This document shows positions 15,481 through 25,500 of a DNA stretch of 64,000 nt, one piece after another. Below the pieces are notes generated by a model. It saw only the letters and a program-made list of their open reading frames with translations. It searched no databases and was not told the DNA's origin. The translations under genes and the position numbers were made by a program. This DNA comes from a virus (taxonomy: Duplodnaviria; Caudoviricetes), in IMG/VR virus record IMGVR_UViG_3300025389_001063; one strand, given 5' to 3'. Position 1 is the first letter of the stretch. Every line of letters starts with the position of its first letter.

Positions 15481-17113
15481 GTCTGATCAATCTTTTAAGA
15501 ATATACCCGACGACTCTATAAGTGGGGATAAAATTCACGGAGGAGAAATTAGTTCTTTTTCAAGTACAGGTATTTCTGATCTTTCTTCTAAAACTACATT
15601 AACAGTTACAGATGGTCGTATAATTGTCGATGCTGTTAGAACAAATTCTTTAGAAGGAAATATAACAGTTAATGGCAGTATAACTGTACAAAAACATGTT
15701 TCTATATATGAAGATAGTATATTTCATCATAATTTAACTGTAGGGAACGACATTATTGTTCAAGGAGAACTTAGAGTACCCACTCTATATGCCGATAAAA
15801 TAATTACAAAAACAAAATTAGATCAAAAAGATCCTGTTATATTTTCAATCAAAGATGGCGGTATCGATAATAAAGGACTAATTTGGAAAAGATCTGACGA
15901 GGATACAAGTTTACTTGTTTACAAAAAAGATCCAGATAGACTCTTTACTAATTTAGACATAGATTTATACCGTGATAATTCATACCATATAGATGGCACT
16001 TCTGTTATAACCAAAGATACATTAGGACCAACTGTTATTAAAAGTAGTTTAAGAAAACTTGGAAGACTATCAAATCTTATTGTAGACGGAGAAGTATCAC
16101 TAGGTGAACATTTCTTTTATAATCCTTTATCAAATAGAATAGGAATAGGAACAGACAAAGCCTCTGCTGCTTTAAGTTTAGTCGACGAAGGTATTGAATT
16201 TGTTATAGGAACACTTGAAGACAATGTAGGTAACTTTGGAACATTTACTAGTCATGACTTAGGTATAATTACAGATGGCGTTACTAGGGTTAAAATATCA
16301 AGAACCGGAAGAATAACATTTGGTGATCCAAAAGCATCAAATGCCGATGTTATAGTAAATGGAAAATTATTTGTAAAAGAATTAATAATTGATAAAAAGA
16401 ATGAAAGATCAGATGCTTTAGATTTTAAAGCAGAACCAAATACTTCAAATTATGGAAAAGGTATGATCTTTACAGGTGACGGAATAACAAAACAATTTGT
16501 TTTAGCAGCACAACCTGATCAATTATACAGTACAGAAAATATTAATATACAAAGAGGAAAAAGTTATTATATAAACAGAAATGAAGTATTATCAGAAACA
16601 GAATTAGGAAACACAGTTACAAAAAGCAGTTTAACAGAATTAGGCACTCTCAAATTTCTTACAGTCGACGGTACTACTAGTTTCAGTGGAGTATTAGGTG
16701 TTGTTAATAAAAAAGTTTATATAGGTAAAACTTTATTTGATACTAGTAATGGTCTTAATATAATTGGAGAAAATCTTAAATTAACAACAAACGATCAAAC
16801 AATTTCTTTATCAAATGATTATATTTCTTTTGGTGATAAAGATTCTCCTAATGCAAATGTTATAGTAAATGGTAAACTAGGTGTAGGAATACAAAAAATT
16901 AGCAATGATGCTCAATTTGAAGTTGCTGGAAATATTAGATTTACAGATAAATTATTTGCTGTAGGATCGCAAGCACCTAAAGATGGCAATTATAAACAAG
17001 GCGATATTGTTTGGAACGATTCTCCGAAAGAAACCGGTTACGTTGGTTGGGTATGTATTAGAAGTGGTAACCCAGGTATATGGAGAGGGTTCGGACAAGT
17101 TGGGGTTGAATAG
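15473..17113 (+). CDS. Putative virion structural/fibre protein
   Basis: Beta-rich internal repeats (KGLIW/KGMIF...NIDL...SYHIDG/SYYINR...TVIKSSL..LG.L..L.VDG twice). C-terminal GDIVWN..P..GYVGWVC..G.PG.W. Late promoter upstream. Confidence 0.6.
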   Translation: MPLSDQSFKNIPDDSISGDKIHGGEISSFSSTGISDLSSKTTLTVTDGRIIVDAVRTNSLEGNITVNGSITVQKHVSIYEDSIFHHNLTVGNDIIVQGELRVPTLYADKIITKTKLDQKDPVIFSIKDGGIDNKGLIWKRSDEDTSLLVYKKDPDRLFTNLDIDLYRDNSYHIDGTSVITKDTLGPTVIKSSLRKLGRLSNLIVDGEVSLGEHFFYNPLSNRIGIGTDKASAALSLVDEGIEFVIGTLEDNVGNFGTFTSHDLGIITDGVTRVKISRTGRITFGDPKASNADVIVNGKLFVKELIIDKKNERSDALDFKAEPNTSNYGKGMIFTGDGITKQFVLAAQPDQLYSTENINIQRGKSYYINRNEVLSETELGNTVTKSSLTELGTLKFLTVDGTTSFSGVLGVVNKKVYIGKTLFDTSNGLNIIGENLKLTTNDQTISLSNDYISFGDKDSPNANVIVNGKLGVGIQKISNDAQFEVAGNIRFTDKLFAVGSQAPKDGNYKQGDIVWNDSPKETGYVGWVCIRSGNPGIWRGFGQVGVE

Positions 17114-17416
17114 TTGGATACAAAATATATATTATGGCAAATCAAATTATGGGATAGATTTGCCAAATTAACCCCCTTTATTATAGCAATTTCTGCAACA
17201 GTATTTTATTTTTTAGGATATACTGATTGGGAATTAATAACAAATGTATGTATAACATTTTTTGTTTCACTAGCTATTGCTTGGTGGTTTTGGGTAATTT
17301 ACACTATGGCATCTATTGTAGTAGTATTAAATCATTCTGGAAAAAGTTTAGAAGAAGTTATCGACGAATTGAAAGAAATAAAAAAAATTATTCGTCAAGA
17401 AAAAGAAAAATTATAA
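17114..17416 (+). CDS. Hypothetical membrane protein (2 TM)
   Basis: TTG start, two hydrophobic segments, charged C-terminus. Confidence 0.6.
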   Translation: MDTKYILWQIKLWDRFAKLTPFIIAISATVFYFLGYTDWELITNVCITFFVSLAIAWWFWVIYTMASIVVVLNHSGKSLEEVIDELKEIKKIIRQEKEKL

Positions 17417-17623
17417 TTTTGGCCATTTATTAATAGGACAATCTGTAAAATAAAGATAAGTTTTAACTGGAAGAAAACATTTACATATTTTACACATTTT
17501 AAATCCAGTTATATTAGGACACTTTTCACATATTTCTATACGCTGTTGCCGAATAGATTTTTCTACCTCCCGATTTCCAGTAGGTCTATGTTCTTGATCA
17601 TTCCAATCAGGTATACCAACCAT
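17411..17623 (-). CDS. Small Cys-rich protein (DUF6171-like)
   Basis: RIEICEKCP...CKICKCFL..KT......CPINKW. Probable ATG at 17623 within track ORF 17411-17779. Confidence 0.6.
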   Translation of the reverse strand: MVGIPDWNDQEHRPTGNREVEKSIRQQRIEICEKCPNITGFKMCKICKCFLPVKTYLYFTDCPINKWPKL

Positions 17624-17686
17624 AAAATTATTTAATTGATTTTTTAAAATACATATATTATAATTGTAAATATTCAGGAGTTCTTT

Positions 17687-18163
17687 ATGGCAAAATACAT
17701 CTCTACAAAAACTTATAGGCAAATAGGGCCAGTAGCATATAGACAATGGCGTGCCGATAGTCATTGTAATCTTATTCACGGATACGCACTAAGTTTTCAT
17801 TTTGAATTTGAGTGCGATACGCTAGATACTCGCAACTGGTGTATGGACTTTGGCGGTCTTAAACCACTAAAAGCATTGCTGGAGGATTGGTTTGACCATA
17901 CGCTATTAGTTGCTGAAGATGACCCACAACGTGATGAACTATTGCGACTCGGTACGCTGGGACTTGCAAAAATCACTGAGGTATCTAAAACTGGATGTGA
18001 AGGTCTAGCGGACTTCCTCTACGAATATGTAAATACGATCTTTTTGCCGAACTACGGTGCTGAAGAAGCAAAACGTATTTGGTGTTGTAAAGTAGAAGTG
18101 AGAGAGACTGATTCCAACATGGCTATGCGTGTTGGACATAGAGAGGACAAAGAATTTGATTGA
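17687..18163 (+). CDS. queD: 6-carboxytetrahydropterin synthase (QueD/PTPS)
   Basis: HCNLIHGY, MDFGGLKPLK..LEDWFDHTLLV and VEVRET motifs. Confidence 0.88.
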   Translation: MAKYISTKTYRQIGPVAYRQWRADSHCNLIHGYALSFHFEFECDTLDTRNWCMDFGGLKPLKALLEDWFDHTLLVAEDDPQRDELLRLGTLGLAKITEVSKTGCEGLADFLYEYVNTIFLPNYGAEEAKRIWCCKVEVRETDSNMAMRVGHREDKEFD

Positions 18164-18971
18164 TATTCACAGTACTCTTGTAGATAATACATTACCATTT
18201 GTTCTTATAGCAGGTCCTTGTCAAATAGAAAGCAGAGATCATGCTCACTTCACCGCGGCTGCTATTAAAGAGATTTGTAAAGAATTAGATATTAAACTTA
18301 TCTATAAGAGTAGTTATGATAAAGCGAATCGCAGTAGTATTAAAGGAAAAAGAGGAATTGGTATTGAAGCAGGATTAGAAATTCTTCTCGAGATTAAAAA
18401 AGAACATAATCTTCCTATTATAACCGATGTTCATGAAGTTTGGCAAGTTGATATGGTTAAACATGTTGTTGATGTTATACAAATTCCTGCTTTTCTTTGC
18501 CGTCAAACAGATTTGTTAATAGCATGTGGTAATACAGGACTTCCTATCAATGTTAAAAAAGGACAATTCTTATCACCATATGATATGAAAAATGTTGCTG
18601 ATAAAATTGCCAGCACAGGTAATAACAAAATTATGCTATGTGAACGTGGAACTAGTTTTGGTTATAATAATCTTGTTGTAGATTTTCGTGGTATTGAAAT
18701 TATGAAAGAAACAGGTTATCCTGTTATCTTTGATGCTACACACTCTGTTCAACATCCTGGAGCAAACGGCGAGAGTAGTGGTGGTGATCGTCGTATGGTT
18801 TGGCCACTAGCAAAAGCAGCATGTTCTTTAGGTATTTCTGGATTATTTATGGAGATGCACGAAGACCCCGATCGTGCTCCTAGCGACGGTGCTAATATGA
18901 TACATATTAAAGATGCTAAACATATTTTAACAGACTTAAGAAAGTTAGATAGATTAGTAAAAAACAATTAA
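18156..18971 (+). CDS. kdsA: 2-dehydro-3-deoxyphosphooctonate (KDO8P) synthase
   Basis: IAGPCQIES, KSSYDKANRSS, QIPAFLCRQTDLL, VKKGQF, CERGTSFGYNNLVVD, FDATHSVQ, HEDPDRAPSDG. TTG 18156 has a GAGG RBS (track start 18129). Confidence 0.96.
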   Translation: MIDIHSTLVDNTLPFVLIAGPCQIESRDHAHFTAAAIKEICKELDIKLIYKSSYDKANRSSIKGKRGIGIEAGLEILLEIKKEHNLPIITDVHEVWQVDMVKHVVDVIQIPAFLCRQTDLLIACGNTGLPINVKKGQFLSPYDMKNVADKIASTGNNKIMLCERGTSFGYNNLVVDFRGIEIMKETGYPVIFDATHSVQHPGANGESSGGDRRMVWPLAKAACSLGISGLFMEMHEDPDRAPSDGANMIHIKDAKHILTDLRKLDRLVKNN

Positions 18972-18979
18972 GAAAAAAT

Positions 18980-19678
18980 ATGGATCGAACTATAGCATGT
19001 CTAAAATGGGGGAACAAATATTCTCCTCATTACGTTAATGTATTGTATAATATGTGCAGACGTCACAACTCTGAATATTTTAATTTTATTTGTTTTACTG
19101 ATAATTCAGATGGATTAGATAAAGAAATTATTATTAAATCTTTGCCAAATTCATCATTGCACGGATGGTGGTATAAACCATTTGTTTTTTGTAAGGAAAA
19201 TAATATAAAAGGAACTGTTTTATTTTTAGATCTAGATGTCATTGTCTATGATAATATTGATAAACTTTGGAATTATAGAAAAAATGATTTTTTAATTATT
19301 AGAGATTTTACAAAACATATGAATCCAGCATGGGACAAATTTAACAGTAGTGTTTTTAGATTTGAGGCAGATAATTGTTATTGGATATGGGAAAAATTTT
19401 ATAAAGAAAAAACACAAATTATGTCTAAGATGCACGGAGACCAAGATTATCTATATTCTATATTAAAGAATAATGCATTTCATTGGCCAGATAACTGGAT
19501 ACAAAGTTATAAATGGGAAATGAGAGATAAACATGATATAATATTAATAGATGGAAAACGTAATTTTAAAGATATTAAAGATCCTAAATTAACAGAAGAA
19601 TGCTCTATTGCTGTATTTCACGGTGAACCCAATCCTCACGAAGTTAAAGATCCTTGGGTTATTAAAAATTGGAAGTAG
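18980..19678 (+). CDS. GT-A fold glycosyltransferase-like protein
   Basis: CLKWGNKYS..YVN.LYNM, LFLDLDVIV (DxD), NSSVFRF, GDQDY, VFHGEPNPHE. Confidence 0.7.
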   Translation: MDRTIACLKWGNKYSPHYVNVLYNMCRRHNSEYFNFICFTDNSDGLDKEIIIKSLPNSSLHGWWYKPFVFCKENNIKGTVLFLDLDVIVYDNIDKLWNYRKNDFLIIRDFTKHMNPAWDKFNSSVFRFEADNCYWIWEKFYKEKTQIMSKMHGDQDYLYSILKNNAFHWPDNWIQSYKWEMRDKHDIILIDGKRNFKDIKDPKLTEECSIAVFHGEPNPHEVKDPWVIKNWK

Positions 19679-19707
19679 TTGACTATATCCATAAAGACAA
19701 CTATACT
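19679..19707 (+). promoter_or_regulatory. Sigma70-like promoter
   Basis: TTGACT-17 nt-TATACT. Confidence 0.6.
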
Positions 19708-19713
19708 ATAAAT

Positions 19714-20739
19714 ATGACTAAGAAGATAGGCTTTTGTTGCAAATACGTAACTCACGATTCTAAAAAAGGCATTGTTTCAATTCCCGAATTGAATACCTCT
19801 ACTACTACTGTAGCATGGCTCAAAAGGCAAACTCAACAGGTTGCAGAACAAAAACTTTGGGATCTTATGGTCCATAATATTGAATCAATTAAATTGTTGG
19901 TTCAAAAAGTAGGAATGTTAAATGAACAATTACGTATGGTTAGGCTATCCAGTGATATTCTTCCTGTATACACTGAATCTAACTTTTCTTATTTTTGGCG
20001 CCAAAACGATATTAAATCTTATGCAGAACGAGCTTTTGCCGACGTGGGTATGCTTGCTCGTAAACTGGACGTCAGGCTTAGTTTTCATCCTGGCCAGTTC
20101 TGCGTATTGGCTAGTGATTCAGAAGATATTGTAAAACGTTCAATAGAAGAATTTGAGTACCATGCAGATATGGCTCGTTGGATGGGCTATGGTAAATATT
20201 TCCACGATGAAGGTTTTAAAATTAATGTTCATATTGCTGGCAGGCGTGGTGCCGCTGGCGTTATTGCTGCTCTTCCCCTTCTTAGTAGTGAAGCTCGCAA
20301 CCTTATTACCATAGAAAATGAGGAAATGGCTCACGGCCTAGATGATGTTTTAGAATTAGAGAAGTATTGTGCTATTGTTCTCGACATACACCACCACTGG
20401 GTTAAGACTGGCGAGTATATTGATCCTAACGATAATAGAGTTAAACGTGTCATTGACAGTTGGCGCGGTACTCGTCCAGTTCTTCATTACTCCATTAGTA
20501 GAGAAGAACACTTACACGAAACAGTACTTCGTAATAACGAAATGTTATTAGATCTTAATGAACTATTAGAAACAGGACATAAGAAACAAAAACTCCGAGC
20601 ACATTCTGATTATTATTGGAATAGCGCAGTTAACGAATGGGCGTTAGGGTTCTGGGATAATTTTGATATTTGTTGCGAAAGTAAGGCTAAGAATTTAGCA
20701 AGTTTTGCATTGTTTGAACAATCTAAAAATTTATGTTGA
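19714..20739 (+). CDS. uvsE: UV-damage endonuclease (UvsE/UvdE)
   Basis: IGFCCK, RLSSDILP, RLSFHPGQFCVLAS, EFEYHAD, INVHI, IENEE, VLDIHHHW, HYS.SR, AHSD, CESKAKNLA. Confidence 0.92.
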   Translation: MTKKIGFCCKYVTHDSKKGIVSIPELNTSTTTVAWLKRQTQQVAEQKLWDLMVHNIESIKLLVQKVGMLNEQLRMVRLSSDILPVYTESNFSYFWRQNDIKSYAERAFADVGMLARKLDVRLSFHPGQFCVLASDSEDIVKRSIEEFEYHADMARWMGYGKYFHDEGFKINVHIAGRRGAAGVIAALPLLSSEARNLITIENEEMAHGLDDVLELEKYCAIVLDIHHHWVKTGEYIDPNDNRVKRVIDSWRGTRPVLHYSISREEHLHETVLRNNEMLLDLNELLETGHKKQKLRAHSDYYWNSAVNEWALGFWDNFDICCESKAKNLASFALFEQSKNLC

Positions 20740-20763
20740 CATCACATATTTAGAGTGTATTAT
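20736..20763 (+). promoter_or_regulatory. Sigma70-like promoter
   Basis: TTGACA-16 nt-TATTAT with TG extension. Confidence 0.55.
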
Positions 20764-20786
20764 TAAAATTATAAATGGAGATTGAT

Positions 20787-21335
20787 ATGTTAACAGATGC
20801 AGTTATTAACGATCTTAAATCATTTGATTGGAAGAAAATTCTTGGAATGGATTTAAAAGATTTAGATAATTCACAATGGCGTTTTCTAAAAGGACTAGTA
20901 GTTGAACGTACTGTAGAAAAATACAGTGGTAAAGATGGATTAGTTTATGTTGGTGATATTCATAAAGATTATAATTGGCCAAAACATAATGTAACAGTTG
21001 AGTTAAAAAGTCAACTTAGCAATGATATGTACGGTGTAAGAGGACTACCTTGTAAGAATTTCACAATAAAACTGAATAATAGTAACGGTACTAATAATAA
21101 AGATACTCTTTCTCCTAGTGATGTTGCTGATATACTTCTTGTTGTTCGAAATAACGGTGCATTTGCTATTGATAGAGATACTGTAATGAAAAAGGCAAAA
21201 AAGGGAGGAGATGGTTTTGAAGTTAAAGTTCACAGAGATGAAATAACCGAGATAACTGGAAAATTGATCGTAGAAGACAAAACTAAACCTAATTTTAGAG
21301 CCGCGGTAGATGACCTTGTTAAATCACGAATATAA
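20787..21335 (+). CDS. Putative PD-(D/E)xK nuclease (restriction endonuclease-like)
   Basis: KGLVVE...HKDY...VTVELKS spacing fits E..D..ExK. Overlaps the adjacent methylase gene. Track start 20775. Confidence 0.45.
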   Translation: MLTDAVINDLKSFDWKKILGMDLKDLDNSQWRFLKGLVVERTVEKYSGKDGLVYVGDIHKDYNWPKHNVTVELKSQLSNDMYGVRGLPCKNFTIKLNNSNGTNNKDTLSPSDVADILLVVRNNGAFAIDRDTVMKKAKKGGDGFEVKVHRDEITEITGKLIVEDKTKPNFRAAVDDLVKSRI

Positions 21336-22197
21336 AGTTTATAACCAATCTTGTATAGAAGGTATGCGTGAGCATATAGCAGATGGCTCTGTTGATCTTA
21401 TTTTCACAGATCCACCATATGGCATCGATGGTGATCAATTAGATGCTCATTATCATAGAGATGAATCTAACGTAGTTCCAGGTTATATCGATGTTCCTTT
21501 AAAAGAATATGCAAAATTTAGTAAAGAGTGGATCGACGAATGTGCTAGAATTTTACGTCCGGGTGGTAGCATTTATATTGTTAGCGGATATACCAATTTA
21601 CATCATATTTTAAATGCTTTACACGACACTGATCTTGTAGAAATAAATCATATCATTGCCAAATATAGTTTTGGAGTTAGCACAAAGAATAAATTTGTAT
21701 CAAGTCATTATCATGTTTTGTTTTGGCAAAAACCCGATAAAGGGAAACAAAAGAGGACATTTAATTCAAATTGGAAATATACTGATCAAAAAGATAGTTA
21801 TCATGACAGATTAACTGTTCAAGATATGCCACGTGATTATAAGCCTGGTCAAGTTAAAAATAAAAATCAATTAAGTGAAGAATTCATTATGAAGTTTATT
21901 ATGTACTCTAGCAATAGAGAAGATATTGTACTAGATTGTTTTGGTGGAGGTTTAACTACTGCTAGAACTGCCTTACGATATGGAAGAAAATTTGTGGGTT
22001 TTGAACTTAATAAAAATGCGTATGATACATTTCTTCCTACTTTAGATGATGTTGAAGTTCTTCCAGATCCTGTCCCAATTTCACCCAGTGCTGAAGAATT
22101 AGCAAAAAGGGAAAAAATGAGACAAGGATGGAAGAACGATAGAGTAAAAAGAAAACAAAAAAATACACTTAATTCAAAAAACTGGGACGTTTCTTAA
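21310..22197 (+). CDS. DNA N6-adenine/N4-cytosine methyltransferase (beta class)
   Basis: VDLIFTDPPY (motif IV) precedes VLDCFGGGLTT..ALRYGRKFVGFELN (motif I). Confidence 0.92.
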   Translation: MTLLNHEYKVYNQSCIEGMREHIADGSVDLIFTDPPYGIDGDQLDAHYHRDESNVVPGYIDVPLKEYAKFSKEWIDECARILRPGGSIYIVSGYTNLHHILNALHDTDLVEINHIIAKYSFGVSTKNKFVSSHYHVLFWQKPDKGKQKRTFNSNWKYTDQKDSYHDRLTVQDMPRDYKPGQVKNKNQLSEEFIMKFIMYSSNREDIVLDCFGGGLTTARTALRYGRKFVGFELNKNAYDTFLPTLDDVEVLPDPVPISPSAEELAKREKMRQGWKNDRVKRKQKNTLNSKNWDVS

Positions 22198-22424
22198 ACA
22201 GGATTTTTCTTAGGGCGACCACCTTTTTTCTTTGGAGCAATTACTTCAACCGCAGAATCAACTTCTGATATTGCTGTTTCTTTCTTTTTTCTAGGGGTTT
22301 TTTCTTTCTTTACTACTGGCTTCTTATCAACAGCCTTTTTAGCAGTTCTTTTTGCTTTAGGAGGTGGCGGAATTACTACCTCTTCTGGCTTAGAACCAAA
22401 TAAACTTTTTAACCATCCAAACAT
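22194..22424 (-). CDS. Small Lys/Pro-rich protein
   Basis: AGGAG RBS and ATAAATA on the minus strand; MFGWLKSLFG...KKKGGRPKK. Confidence 0.7.
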   Translation of the reverse strand: MFGWLKSLFGSKPEEVVIPPPPKAKRTAKKAVDKKPVVKKEKTPRKKKETAISEVDSAVEVIAPKKKGGRPKKNPV

Positions 22425-22444
22425 ATCTGTCTCCTTTGGTAGGA

Positions 22445-22486
22445 ATATTTATTAAGGTAAATACGATATCCGCACAATAATAAATA
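22445..22486. promoter_or_regulatory. Divergent late promoters
   Basis: ATAAATA at 22480-22486 (+) and TATTTAT around 22446-22452 (ATAAATA on the minus strand). Confidence 0.55.
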
Positions 22487-22524
22487 TAATAAATTGCTAA
22501 AAATGGTATTTGATTGGAGCCAAG

Positions 22525-25500
22525 ATGGTTAAACAGATTATTAATATAGGTGTTGAAGGTAATGATGCTTCTGGTGATCCTATTAGAGAAGCATTTAATA
22601 AGGTAAATGAAAACTTCAACGAACTTTATGCTGTATTTGGTAAGGGTGGCCAAATATCAATAACTTCTTTATCTGATGGTCCAAGTCAAGTTCTTCCAGA
22701 ATCAATATTAATTGCAAATGCAAATGCTAGTCAATATATTTCTAAAACCTTAGAAGGTGACGGAATTAGTATTGATAATACTGATCCAGAAATTTTAAAA
22801 TTTACTGTAACAGCATCTAAACTTATTAGTGATAAAAATCCTATTCTTTCAAATCACTTAGATGCTTCTAATTTTGATATTTTTAGAGTAGGAAACCCGA
22901 ATTCAACAGTAGCAGCACATTATGCAGTACCTTTAGACTCATTTGCAATTAATAAAGGATATGCAGATTCTAATTATGTAAATAACACCGGCGACACTAT
23001 GACCGGTCCACTTATTGTTCCTGCAGGACAAACTGGAACAGGCGTTGCTAGAGCAAATGAAACTGTTTTAAAAACAGGCGGAACTAGTAATCAATTACAA
23101 GGTCCTCTTATACTTTTTGAAGATCCATTAGAAACAGACAATCCACTAACAGCAACAACTAAAAATTATGTCGATAGTTCAACATATTATAGTAAAATTA
23201 ATTTATATGTTAATACAAAAGGAACAGATAATCAATTTATCTATCCAACAGACAAGCAAGGAAGATCCCCTTCATATGCTTTTGCATCTATTGGTGCTGC
23301 ATGTAGATATGGCGAAACTTTAATTAATTCTGCTCCAGTAACAATTGGTCCATATAGAAAAAGAATTACCTATAATAATGGTGCAAACTTTTCTACCGTT
23401 GCTTCAATAACACAAACAAGCGGAAGTTATTATCTTTATATAACAAATGCTGGTCCTCAAACTGATCCTAGAAACGGAAACAATATTACCCCAGGACAAT
23501 TAATACACGGTATACTAAGTGATGCCTATGCTTTTATTGTTAGCCTCGGCGCCGTGAGTGGAAATCAAGAATTATATATTGTTCAATATACTGGAACTAA
23601 TACTTTCCAAGTTGGAGAAGGTTTAGAATGGGGCAATAGTATAAAGAACTTACAATTAACTGTATTAATCGAAGCCGGAGATTATTACGAACACTATCCT
23701 ATACGTGTTCCAGAAAATACTACTATACTCGGCGATGAGATGAGACGTGTAGTTGTACATCCAAAATCTGGAAGAAGTGCTGGTTTTCATGTCGATACAT
23801 ATTTTAGAAGAGATACTACATTTGACTCTACTCTAACAATTGCCACACAAAATTATGGTCGTCATTATCTTACAGATTCTACAAAACCCTTATACACTGG
23901 AACAATTTCTAATCCCGGATACTACAATAATTCTGCATCATTAATTATTGCAAATAAAAATTTCTTAATTGCAGAGACTATTGGATATGTTAATCAAGTA
24001 TGGAATGGGTTGGATTACAATCAAACCACATGTGCTAGAGATTTAGGATATATTATCGATGCTTTAGCATATGACATGGCGTTTGGAAGCAATTACCAAT
24101 CTATTATGGCAGGAAAAGCATATTTTAGAGGATTAGAAGCAGCAGTCGTTTTAGGTGCAGAAAAAACAGCAACACTAGATTCTCTTACTTATTTGAGTGG
24201 GTTACTATCTAATCAAGTAATTGGTGCAAACTCAAAACTTAGCATCACAAATAATATTACAGTTATTAAAAATATTATTACAAATGGAATATCATCAACA
24301 CCTACAATATCATGGACATCTCCATCTTGGATAGATACAGGATTTTCTAATGCTAGACAGATTCTTATAGATAATATTTCATTTATCCAGGCTGAAACTA
24401 TTGCATATCTAACAGCAAATTACTCATCATTGAATTATAATTTAACAACATGTGAACGAGATATTCTTTATATTATTAATGCTATAGTATATGACTTAAC
24501 ATATGGTGGTAATAGCATGAGTATTCAAGCAGGATATGCTTATTATTCAGGCAACTCTTTAATCATAAATTCATCAGAAATAACTCCTATATATCAAACT
24601 TATGGATATATGGAAAATGTAATTGGAAGTATTATAAATGGAACAGCATTTACACCATTACAAACCAATGTGCAACGTTATGCTGACGTTCCTGGATCTC
24701 CTGCTGCTGCAACTGCCGCAGAAACTTTAGTTGAAGATATTAGAAATATTATTCAATCTAATTCTTCTCCAACAGTAATTAATCCTAGTGTTAATTTACA
24801 ATCATCTGACATTGTAACTAATTTTAGTGCTATAGAATCTGTTAAAACTTCTACAATATCATCTGTAATATCTTATATTAATAGCAACTATTTCCTATAT
24901 AATTCTACTTTATGTAAAAGAGATTTAGGATTAATAATCGATGCATTAACATACGATCTAATCAATGGTGGATATTATAAAATACTCGAAGCAGGAAATG
25001 CTTATTTTAAAGATGTTAGTGGATTAAGAGTTATTGATAATACTACAACTGTAGTTACTATAGGAGGTAATCCTGTCACTGAACTACAAATAACTGTTGC
25101 TGCTATGTCTTATCTCAGTGGACTTGCTGTAAGAATTATTCAAAATTTTGCACCTTTAACTGATTATCAAAATGCATATGGAAGTTCTGTTAGTCAAGTA
25201 ATCGATAATTCAATAATATACGAAACTGGATCAGATACTGCTATTTCAGGATTGTTTACTTTTATAAATCATATTCTAAGCCAAGACTCGTCATTTAATC
25301 CTCCAAAAAATAATGAAGACATTGACGTATTCCTTATGAATAATGCCACTACCATGAGAAATATAAGTGGGCAAGGACATGGCGGATTTATGGTTGTATT
25401 AGATCCATTAGGACAAATTGCAACTAAATCACCTTATATAGAAAATTGTGCATCTTTTGCAAGAAGTATTAATGCTAAACATTTTGCTGGTGGTATGTTT

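Noticed and set aside
17111-17416. TAG stop followed immediately in frame by a TTG ORF (possible readthrough fusion)
   Set aside because: A GGGG SD-like sequence precedes the TTG, the downstream product is a separate-looking membrane protein, and no suppressor tRNA is seen.
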